A DNA stretch of 64,000 nt from Epithemia pelagica (Eukaryota > Protista > Bacillariophyta), in contig OX337235.1 in NCBI GenBank assembly GCA_946965045.2, positions 1,612,001 to 1,676,000 of the forward strand, read 5' to 3'. Each line of letters starts with the position of its first letter. The stretch's first letter is position 1. The notes below the pieces were generated by a model, which did no database searches, was not told the origin of the DNA, and saw nothing but the letters and a program-made list of their open reading frames with translations. The translations under genes were made by a program, and so were the position numbers. Positions 36,848 through 47,109 of the stretch are shown piece by piece.

Positions 36848-39800
36848 ATGGATCCTCAACCACCCAAGACACCTACGACTCCTAAGGGAGAAGATAACCA
36901 AGACAATGTCTCGAACACAGACTTATTCGACCACATCATATATACTGTCTGTCAACACTTTACCAAAGAAAGAGCTGACTATTTAATGAAGTGGATGAAA
37001 TACCATGGTTTTGAGAACATTACTCATGTTATCTGGTACATGCAAACCAATACTGAGGAATCCATGAACGAACTAACCCAGTACAAGGTCAACAACAAGA
37101 CGCATGATCTGCAAGGTCCTACAAGACAACAGATCAAGCTCTTAGCCTATTGGGCCATACACAAGACCAATGAAATTCAAGATGAGCTATCCAATAGCGA
37201 CTGGATGACCCTAACAAGGAAAGAGTTCAACATTTGGAGGATCAATACAAATTTCTCCAATGGACAACCTAGCCAAGTCCCAGTCTCGCCAATGAAGTCG
37301 CCGTCATCTGCAAAATCTGTCAGCACAGTTACTGCCGCATCCCAATCTCAACAAGACCTAACGGCGTTCAGAAAGGGAACTAAGCGCGACGCAACTGCAT
37401 ATGAGGTATTCAAGGATGAACGATACTACGATTCATTCTGGCGTGTATTCAAGACTACAGCTAAGGGACAAGGCCTATCCAACGTTCTGAATTTCAAGTA
37501 CACACCTCCCAAAGATGATGAGTATGCTGAAGAACTATTCCAAGAGCAACAAGTATTTCTTTACTCCGTTCTTGTCCGTATTATCCAGACTGACCAAGGT
37601 CGAGCCTATGTACGTGAACATGAACATGATGAAGATGTGCGTGCCGTATTGAAGAAGTTACATTCATTACATACCGAATCTGATCTCGCAAAACGAGAAG
37701 TCCTACGTTTAACCAACTACATTTCCAATCTACGTCTTGATGACACATGGCGTGGAACAACACGTCAATTTCTTCTACACTTTCAAGAGCAGCTACGTTT
37801 GCTAGACAATCTTGTGACATTGTCTGATCGCATCCCTGATCATACCAGGATGACTTTCCTCATGCAAGCTGTAGAAAAGGTACCTGATCTCCGCCGAGTC
37901 AAGATCTTGGACAATGTGGTGAACACAAAATCCGGTGCAAAATCCCTTTGCTATCAATCATATTTCGGTCTCCTTCTAGACGCAGCTTATGACCATGATC
38001 AAGCAACCCAGTCATCTGCACAAAGTTGCCGTCGACATGTCAAACAACATGATTCACAATACGGCCAAGATACAGACGCTGACTTAACCCCACAAGATGA
38101 TATGGAGTATCATGTTCACAACACTAACGTGACATCTGACTCTCCATCCTCTTCATCTAAGGTTAGTCTGCCGCGTGACCTATGGTTCAAACTTTCTGAA
38201 GAAGATCGCAAGTTGATCATTGAGTACAACAAGATGATTCATGCACCATCATCAACAACGCCAAGGAAAGTGCAGACACATGCCCTTGACATTGATCCGG
38301 AACCTGATCCTGACCCCAGTCAAGAAGCTGTTTCTAAAAATGCTTCACTTGGTGCGACTTCCGAGCATCAAGATGAGTCAGATCCAGTTACACAATTCAT
38401 CAACCAAGCCATGACGACTGACATCAATCATCCAGCGTCTGACTTGACCAGTGATTATCCAACGCCAAGTCAAAAACAAGCAAGAAGGTTAGCCTCAAGG
38501 CCAATATGCATAAACAGGAAGGACACATACTGCATTATCTGTCTTCCAGGAAATCTACTCTCCCAGGAAACCAATTGGTTGACCGTGGTGCTAATGGAGG
38601 ACTTGCTGGTTCTGACATGCGCATCCTTTCTAAGACTGGTCGTCATATATCCATTATGGGTATCGACAATCATGAGCTTACTGAGATTCCTATTGTCACA
38701 TGTGCCGCTAAGTTTGAAACCAATGATGGACCCATTATTGGCATCTTCAATGAATATGCATTCCACGGAAAAGGACAATCGATCCATACTCCTGGACAAT
38801 TCGAGCACTTTGGACATGCTGTTGATGAACGATCCGTTAAAGTTGATGGAAAACAATGCATCACAACACTTGATGGCCGAGCTATGTCTCTGCACATCAA
38901 AGAGGGACTAGCATACATTCACTCCTTAGGTATCCCCAGTGATGATGACATGGAGACATTACCTCAGATCATCTTCACATCACCTGATACATGGGATCCT
39001 GGTGTTTTGGATCATTTGCACCCTGCCTCATCACCTGACAGTGCTTCTAACTGGCAACAAGTCAACACTGATGGTAGTATGACGCATTATGGGGAGTACA
39101 CTGATCGTGATGTCTGTAACCTCACTCACCTTTTGGATTTACCTTACGATCATGGACCTGATACACCTTCCTTCTCCTCACCCCTTATTGGAGACTCTTG
39201 TTCCAAACTGTACCATCAAGATCACAACATGAGGACTGAGAAGCGTTATCCTACCGTTAAGAAGATGCCTTACGTCATTAAACGTTTCTGGTCATCTTAC
39301 TCTTCAGATCCTCAATGGTCGCCCACCCGATTTTTCCCAACCCCTTTTCTTCCTTCTCTGCGACAAGGTCTTCTCCTGTACCGAATCTTATGCACCCTAT
39401 CTTTGTCCGGATGCCTCTTCAGCGGAGGAGTCACTTCCAAATAAACCCAATGACAAGCAAGCTGACACCGTTTTCATTTGAAGCAAAGGTGAAGATCCAT
39501 CCGCACAAATGCCTACGATCAAGAACTGCGACAAAATTTTTGGACAAGCGTTTCCTTACAAACCAGCAGAGGGAAATGGGGAGCAACAACAAGCATGTAT
39601 AATCCAACACGTCAATTTAGAACAAGACGCTTTCAAGCAAGAAGCATGTATCAAGAAGTACATTTTCTGCAAACACAATTCCAATATTGACAAGAAGGTG
39701 ATCTCATGCAGTCAACTTGTGGAATACAATGGACAGGACAACCAGGAACAGGCAACTGAAGATGTTGTTTTCCAATTCAGAGATGTTGTCATACATCAAG

Positions 39801-40860
39801 GACCTTCGAGCAGTAACAACAACCCTGACTACAAAGGAAGTCGCTGGAATGTACTTGTTGATTGGGAGACTGGGGAGATGATCTTTGAGCCTCCAACACC
39901 CACCATAACCATTGTCTATGGCAAGAAACATGACCTACTGAATGAACTTGCATGGAAGCATTTCAAGCATTTTGTCAAGATCAGTGAATGCCAGCTGCTA
40001 AACAGCAGTCAAGAATCAAGCAGCTCACTTTTTTTGTCAAGTACAAGTTTGGTTACCCACACGTTCCACAGACACACAAAGAAGCAATTGTTTTAGACAA
40101 GCCACATGGCAAAAACAAGTGGCAAGACACTACCGATTTTGGACCCTCACAGATTCAATCACTCAAGACATTGAAGGATCATGATCAAGTTCAAGTCCAT
40201 CTTGGGAAAATGTTAGATGCACAAGAAGAGTATCACAACAAGATTCAAGTCTATCTTGTGAAACATGATGATAGATGCAAGGCACTTCTTGTCACGTGTG
40301 AACATTTTACCAAAGAACCAGTTGAGGCAATCTGTCCATGTGCTATTTCCTTGTGCAACTTCCATACTACCATCTTCCTTGGGCCTCTCAATGATATGGA
40401 TATATGGAGAGCATACATTGGAAATGCATGCAACCTGAAAGCTTTAGCTGGGCAGAAGACCTTGATAGTCGCAAGACAAGAACTCAAGGAAATATGTCAC
40501 ACCTTGGTTACCTACTACAAGACCTCAAATGGATTCGATTCTTCAGGAGAACGTCAACATGACTGTTTATTTGATGTCTTTCTTGATATGGATTTGTCAC
40601 CAAGTAAAGCAATTCCCAATGTTTGGATGAAGAAAGCACCCGGGGAGAAGAGCTCTGAAGGTATCTGCAACAACTTAACACTCAAGAATGTTGGATTTAT
40701 TATCAACTGCCTCGGACGTTTTTATACACCAATCCAGAAGATGTTCTCGGCAAACATTGGAAATTCTCCACATGATAGACGATGTCCAAGACCTTCTTCT
40801 TCTTCTGGAATGGAAACAATCACAAGAACGACAAAGGAAAATAACAATCCTCACTCGACA
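36848..40860 (+). pseudogene. Copia gag-pol, unit 2: gag, frameshift ~38455, protease, integrase core deleted, decayed RT, no RNase H
   Basis: NQLVDRGANGGLAG (protease); PDYKGSRWNVLVDWETGE; KYKFG..VPQTH.EA..LD..HG.NKWQD; KHDDRCKALLV and YIGNA as decayed RT motifs. Confidence 0.85.
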
Positions 40861-40862
40861 AA

Positions 40863-40872
40863 TTGTGGGGAG
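40863..40872 (+). promoter_or_regulatory. Polypurine tract TTGTGGGGAG
   Basis: Abuts the 5' end of LTR C; absent before LTR B. Confidence 0.75.
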
Positions 40873-41580
40873 TGGCAGAATTCTCACCAACAACTAGGTG
40901 GTGGTGGAATCTACAACTCATCGACTGATGCTAGTGTTTTATGGCATCCGATGACATTTTCGTAAAAGTGAGAAAAGAATGACGGCATGCTCGCAGACCT
41001 TTTAATTCGGCCAAGGCATGCTCGCAATGCAAGTGTTATGAGCGACCGATCGGATATTAATTATGGCCCAACACGTGCACGCCCATTATTCTCAAGCGCG
41101 CGCAATCAATATCCGAGTACGCACCTCCACGACTTAGCCCAACGGCCTAAGTAACCGAAGCACGAATCACGATCACGCGAGACCATATCTCTATTCCCAC
41201 AAATCAAAGAATGCAAACGGCAACGCGCCAAGGAAACTACCTATATCATGACAAAGCAAGAGCTGTTGGCATTGGTATATGATATACAAGTGCATATACT
41301 TCCAATACACAATATCCATGTCTACTCCAACCAGACCAGTCCTGTCAGCGCCATGAATATATTAGTCATGCACCCTGACCAGACCTGCACACCCACACAC
41401 ACACCGTAGTCCTAAAGCTCACAATCATTAACATTACCATATCATCACGTCTTCAGTGTCCTGACTATCCCTACGATAGAACCCTTGGGTTTCCTTTGTT
41501 CTCTGACCCGTGGAGAACCTTGGTATCAGTTGGTAATCGATTGTGGCTCTTCTAGAGCGTGTATTGATGAATCTCTACTA
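40873..41580 (+). repeat. LTR C (708 bp)
   Basis: Preceded by PPT, followed by TSD. Confidence 0.95.
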
Positions 41581-41827
41581 ACACTATGCGTCCCTTCTGC
41601 TCCTACACCCGTCCCTTCTACTCCTACACCTGTCATCCCTTCACTTTCACCTAGCATCCCTCCTGTACCTGCCACTGTCCCACCTGACGCTTGTTCCACG
41701 GTTTCTCCCATTCCTGCACCTCACTGACGTTCGTCCAGGCTCCCGCTCCCACTTCCCCTCCTTGCAGTGCATCAGTGCCTCCTCCTTCTACATTTTTTGG
41801 TGGTTGTGGTTCTCCAGGGAAGATCTC

Positions 41828-42262
41828 TCATTTGTGCCTCCTGATGTGCCGCAACATCTGGGAGGTACAATCAACTTCATCCTGGGTTGGAGAGCCATTT
41901 TCATCCACAATCTGCACGGTCCACTCCATCTTTGCCCTGGCCTTCACAATGATGCAGGGAATATTACCTGTCTTGATGATGGCCTTTGTACCCACTGAGA
42001 GGCTAGGGTTCTTCTTCTGGGGTTGCTTGGTTGCTGTCGTTGCCATTGCTGAACTCTTTTTGATTTTCCTATGCCAACTTTTCAATTCTAAAGATGGAAA
42101 ACAATGATTGTTATCTTTAGAACTACCGAAATAGCAAAGTAAAGTTCGTATCACATACGAAAGATTCTGAATTAGTTGAATGCATATTGCATGTGATTGT
42201 TGTTGAATGATCAGAGGAGGGAACGAGTGTTCAATGTTTGATTTTGGAAAGATGTGAGGCAA
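41828..42262 (-). pseudogene. Degraded ORF remnant of the long-TIR host element
   Basis: KKNPSLSVGTKAIIKTGNIPCIIVKARAKMEWTVQIVDENGSP; compositionally similar low-complexity sequence flanks both sides of the copia insertion. Confidence 0.35.
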
Positions 42263-42879
42263 TATATGGCAGGAAGCACAAACAAGACCTCAAAGCACGT
42301 GCCAACAATGGCCACAATGTTCAACGGCAACGAATGCCGAGTATGTCAGCATTGCACTGCATGCACATATAACACATCGTCAGCAAATCAGTCCTAATGC
42401 TTTTGATGGCCTGGATGTGCTCCATACCCTTATGTGGCGTCTTATTGCAACAGTCTCTATTACCTGCCCACCATGCCCACAATGGCACGAAGTTCGACAA
42501 TGGCCATGCCTTAGCTATTAATATCTCTATAACCATGGTGGTTCTATGAAAAGTGATATTACAGGGACCTTAGACATTGTTTCGAGTCTACAATGCTTGA
42601 TCCTTATGGGTATATCATGGATATTGGTGAAGTAAATCCAGATTCCCAAACCCTCGATTTGGGCGCAAACTAGGCCTCCATGGGCACGACACCCTAGTAG
42701 GCACTAGAGGGAAGCTTTTAGCTCAGACTATGATCATTGAAGATGCTCCTATCATCTACAGCTCATAATATGTTCTATTATTCAATTTGCCATAGGCATA
42801 TACCATAAAATATAATATACGATATACGATAGACTCTAATGTAAGTCTACAATGGCCACTGGGCATACTGGAGAACAAG

Positions 42880-43148
42880 AGGTTGGACCCGCGAGATCAA
42901 ATCGATGCGGGCAGTTTTCTCGCGCTTCCCAGCCTTTGCGGGTCCAAATACCCGCGTGTTCCGCAGCTCCGCACTATATAGGATTTTATGTACTCTGCAC
43001 AAATATGACGTACGGGCGGTCAGACCTAGAAAGCACCAAATCGGTGCGCCCCGCCTTTACTGTGCGTAGGTGCGAGAAGTGCGGATCGGACCAGCTAGTC
43101 TCTTTCGAAGCGGTGCCAGGGATCAGCAACGCGGTGCGGGTCCAACCT
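42880..43148. mobile_element. 269-bp MITE, possibly hAT-like
   Basis: 13-bp TIR AGGTTGGACCCGC/GCGGGTCCAACCT; flanks AGAACAAG/AGAACATT (6/8 match, degenerate 8-bp TSD). Confidence 0.6.
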
Positions 43149-43479
43149 AGAACATTGTAGATTGAAGAATATCGTAAATCGTAAAAGTCAATAATTTTTT
43201 AAATAAACTGCTAACCCCCTCGACATTCCACATTCCACATTCCACCATAAGCCATAAGCCATAAACCAGCAAGAGTAAGGAGGACAACGTTCATACAACT
43301 TACATTTAGCTCTGGTAGCCTTGTACCTCTACTAGCTAGAGTAGAGGTTAGAGTTAGAGGTGTGTCCCGCGAGTCAAAGTTGGATGATTTAGAATTTGGA
43401 CCTGCGCTGGCTTTCATACAGGGAGCAGCGCACCGCATCTCCTACGTAGCATCTCTACTACTCTTTACTCCTCTACTAG

Positions 43480-43590
43480 CGTCTATTCTACCCCTGTACT
43501 CATATGAGGACAAATCCTCATATGAGTCATATGAGGACAAATCCTCATATGAGCGGCGACTTTCAAATGAAGAATATCAAATCAATAACT
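43480..43590 (+). mobile_element. Solo left end of the piggyBac-like family with an internal duplication
   Basis: CTAG|CGTCTATTCTACCCCTGTACTCATATGAGGACAAATCCTCATATGAG; the subterminal block is duplicated; no matching right end. Confidence 0.8.
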
Positions 43591-44382
43591 TAGTAGCTAG
43601 AGTCCTAACAATAGCGCACATGTCTACCTACTCCTACTGGCTACAGGTAATAACAGTAGAACAGACACATAGTTTGTGTTCATTGCCCATATCCTAAGTA
43701 CTACCTAGAAGTAGGAAATAAATTACCTCTAGGTAGGTAGGTAGGTAGAACTGTTGGTAAGATAATAGGAGTATTCATAAATTGATTACTTGGTTGTTGC
43801 GAGTACTTGTAACATGCTTTCATTTTTTCGCAGATGTCACAGCTTCCGGTCGATGCTCTGAGTGTGATGGAACCAGAGTTGCTGACACTCCAAAGGTGAA
43901 TCAGAATCTCTTCGGTGGAGAAAAGCTGATGGTATTTTTCAACCAGGGGAGTAAAAGAAACAGAGATCCGAGTCTGTCCGCATTTCTTATGTATTCAGCT
44001 TCGAAGTTACCTATTTGGCGTCTGACCGGACACCGAAACACTACGCAGCTCTAGCAGCTAGAAGCTAGGAGTAGTCGCAATGAATTGGAGTGCGGGTCGG
44101 ACCAGCTGATAGGCCATTGCGACAATCGCACATCTACTTGTACCGCGTACCCACAACTACTCCTAGCAAAGTACCGGCTAGCTTCTCTGTAGCTGAAGCT
44201 CTACTCTAGTAGAGCTAGCTCATTCGTATTGTACTCGGATTACCTTCTCTGTAGCTCTACTCTTTCTAGGTAGCTCTAGCCTCTCGCGTTCTAGAGGAGT
44301 AGTTGTTACTCTTGACGTAAGAGTACAAAAGATAGAAGGGGAGATAGAGACGATAGACTCCTCTCTACTACTCCCAGTCTAG

Positions 44383-47109
44383 TGTCTATTCTACCCCGGT
44401 CCTCATATGAGGACAAATCCTCATATGAGGCCACTTTTCAACGTAGCATGTCAAATCATTCATGTACTCCTAAGAGTGTTTTTATTACAGATTCGTAATC
44501 TCCATACTTTAAAACATATCTCATAATATTCTCATGCTTTAATAATGATGAGTAGTGAAGATATAGTGTGAAAAGAAAAGACTACCCGCGTTGTGTGCGC
44601 ATTAGAAAAAAAATTTCCATGTCACAATGGCGCCTCCAGATCCACGCCGTACACCCAATTCCATTGTTTTGGCCAAGGCCATGCATGTGACATCTCTTGC
44701 AGAGTGTTCCAGAAGGTATGGAAGCAATGCAAAGACGAAAAGGCTGTTTGGGAAGGTGGTTGAAGCTTCCATCCAATGGGGCCCCAATGGAAGGTCCACA
44801 ACAATGGTGACTGTGAACTTCTATATGGGAAGTTTGGAGGTGATCAAGCAGAAGACACTCAACCTGAGGAGTGTCATTACTCCCAGTGATGAAGAGCTGC
44901 TAGCCTATGCCCGTTTCAGGCATCAGCATGAGAGAAATCAACCCCCACAAGCTTCGACGACTGCAGAGGGAAATTCCGCGGCCACAACGGCAACCAACAC
45001 CAATACGGGTCAAGCTGCGGCATCTGAGCCTCCTGCACCACAGCAGGCCATCCAGGGGACACAGACAGCAACAGGGAACCAGGAGAGTGCAGTGGGAGAG
45101 TCAAACAATCCACCAGATTGTGAGTGTCAAGTCCATGATGTGAAATGGCATAAGGGCACTTCGTCATCTCCATTGAATTGCAATTCGATGGGACGTGTTT
45201 CTCCAAGGGATTGGACTTTCAGGACACCTATTGGAGAGAGACTTACTCCAGGAAGTGATAGACAGGGCTTGCTATCCAGATTGGACTACTTCCTGATGAC
45301 ATTCCCTCCGCGGCAGTTTGACTTGATGCACAGGCTCACAAATGGGCAGCTTGCAAAAATTGAGAGACCTTCAATGACTAAAGGAGAATTACTCAAGTTC
45401 TTTGGCATTACTATATTGATAACCCGCCATGAATTCACCTCAAGGGCAAACTTATGGTCAAGTACAGCAACAAGTCGGTACGGAGTGGCACCTGCCTTCG
45501 GTAAGACTAGTATGTCAAGAAAGCGTTTTGATGACATCTTTAGATGTCTCCGCTTCTCTGAGCAACCAGAATCACGCCCTTCCTCAATGAGATCAGAGAC
45601 ATACAGGTGGAAGCTTGTGGATGACTTCATTGAAAACTTCAATCAGCATCGTGCTTCGCACTTCCAACCTTGCGAACGCATCTGTGTTGACGAATCAATG
45701 ATCCGTTGGTATGGTCTGGGTGGCCACTGGATAAACATTGGTCTACCACAGTATGTGGCAATTGACAGGAAGCCTGAGAATGGATGCGAGATCCAAAACT
45801 CTGCTTGCGGTGGATCTGGGATATTTTGTCGTCTCAAGCTTGTCAAGACTGCCGAAGAAGATGGATTGAATCATGAGGAGGACGATGACACAACACTCCT
45901 CATGAATCATGGGACAGCTGTCCTCAGAGAATTAGTGGAACCATGGGCTCATTCACAGCGTGTTGTCTGTGCCGACTCCTACTTTGCTTCTGTGAATACG
46001 GCAGAGGAGATGGCAAAGATGGGACTCCGATTTATCGGAGTTGTGAAGACTGCAACTCGCAAGTATCCAATGGTGTACCTGTCAAACGTTGAACTACTTT
46101 CTCGTGGGGATCGCACTGGTCTCATAAGGAAAGATGCAGATGAACAAGCCACCATGATGGCTTTTGTGTGGATGGATAGGGAACGGCGCTATTTTGTTGC
46201 AAATACATCTTCTCTTGCGGAAGGAGAGCCGTACACACGAACAAGGTGGCGCCAAATTTCTGATGAGGCAGATGCAGAGCCAGAGCGTGTGGAATTGACA
46301 GTGGCACAGCCCCAAGCATGTGAGATCTATTACAAGACATGTGGACTAATAGATCAGCATAACAGGTGCCGACAAGACACTCTCAAAATGGAAATCAAAG
46401 TCGAAACGAAGCGATGGTGGGTACGTGTGGGGCTTGGAGTGTTTGCAATGTGTGTGGTGGACTCTTGGCTTTTGTATTCTGGGGCAACCCTGACAAAGGA
46501 AAAGCAACAAGACTATTATGCACTGCTTGCAGAGGAATTAATAGACAACACATTCGACAGAAGTGGAGTCCCTTGTTCTGCAAGAAGAAGAGGGCGAGTG
46601 AGTGACGGAACAGATAATGCCGAAAGCCCATCAGATCTCATCAATCCACGCAGTGGACAAGCAAGGGCAGGCATTGACATCCATCTGAGCCCAACCAAGA
46701 GAAGGAGGAAGGTTGGTGGAGTTGCAACAAACCAATGTGCACAAGGAAAATGTAGAGTATGTCGAAAGAAAACAAAGTATATCTGTTCACAGTGTGAAGA
46801 CAGTGAAACTCCCTCCGACAGAAATTGTTGGATTTGCCATACAGAAACTGGCCGGATGTGCTTTCCAACACACGTAGCATCTTGCCACATTAACATAGAA
46901 CATGATGGTTGATTGTGGTCTAATACTTTTCATTTTTAGTTGTTCATTTTTATGGTCAAACGGCAGATTCCCATGGTCGGGGTACATTTTTTGTTCCTTG
47001 GTTCGTACAAAAGATACTGGGGGCTACGTATGCATGTTATTCGTAGGATTGTCCTCATATGAGGACAACCGCTGTCCTCATATGAGGACAAATCGGGGTA
47101 GAATAGACA
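44383..47109 (+). mobile_element. Full-length piggyBac-like transposon flanked by CTAG
   Basis: 16-bp TIR TGTCTATTCTACCCCG; CTAG at 44379-44382 and 47110-47113; subterminal (G)TCCTCATATGAGG(AC) palindromes, two per end. Confidence 0.93.
44627..46912 (+). CDS. piggyBac-type DDD transposase with C-terminal cysteine-rich domain (761 aa, intact)
   Basis: CVDESMIRWYG, VCADSYFASV, FIGVVKT, YYKTCGLIDQHNRCRQD; CRVC...CSQC...CWIC...CFPTH. Confidence 0.92.
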   Translation: MAPPDPRRTPNSIVLAKAMHVTSLAECSRRYGSNAKTKRLFGKVVEASIQWGPNGRSTTMVTVNFYMGSLEVIKQKTLNLRSVITPSDEELLAYARFRHQHERNQPPQASTTAEGNSAATTATNTNTGQAAASEPPAPQQAIQGTQTATGNQESAVGESNNPPDCECQVHDVKWHKGTSSSPLNCNSMGRVSPRDWTFRTPIGERLTPGSDRQGLLSRLDYFLMTFPPRQFDLMHRLTNGQLAKIERPSMTKGELLKFFGITILITRHEFTSRANLWSSTATSRYGVAPAFGKTSMSRKRFDDIFRCLRFSEQPESRPSSMRSETYRWKLVDDFIENFNQHRASHFQPCERICVDESMIRWYGLGGHWINIGLPQYVAIDRKPENGCEIQNSACGGSGIFCRLKLVKTAEEDGLNHEEDDDTTLLMNHGTAVLRELVEPWAHSQRVVCADSYFASVNTAEEMAKMGLRFIGVVKTATRKYPMVYLSNVELLSRGDRTGLIRKDADEQATMMAFVWMDRERRYFVANTSSLAEGEPYTRTRWRQISDEADAEPERVELTVAQPQACEIYYKTCGLIDQHNRCRQDTLKMEIKVETKRWWVRVGLGVFAMCVVDSWLLYSGATLTKEKQQDYYALLAEELIDNTFDRSGVPCSARRRGRVSDGTDNAESPSDLINPRSGQARAGIDIHLSPTKRRRKVGGVATNQCAQGKCRVCRKKTKYICSQCEDSETPSDRNCWICHTETGRMCFPTHVASCHINIEHDG

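Larger units (their letters stand above)
32638..41580 (+). mobile_element. CoDi-type Ty1/copia composite element with three LTRs and 5-bp TSD ACACT
   Basis: ACACT at 32633-32637 and 41581-41585; LTRs at 32638, 35615 and 40873; two gag regions; decayed protease/RT; PPT before the last LTR. Confidence 0.92.
31819..42703. mobile_element. Non-autonomous DNA element with long imperfect TIRs (~200 bp), flanked by CTAG and split by a copia insertion
   Basis: Perfect terminal TGCCTACTAGGGTG at both ends; further matching blocks TTTGCGCCCAAATCG, GGGAAT, CCATGGTTATAGA, TAGCTAAGG; CTAG at 31815-31818 and 42704-42707. Confidence 0.8.
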
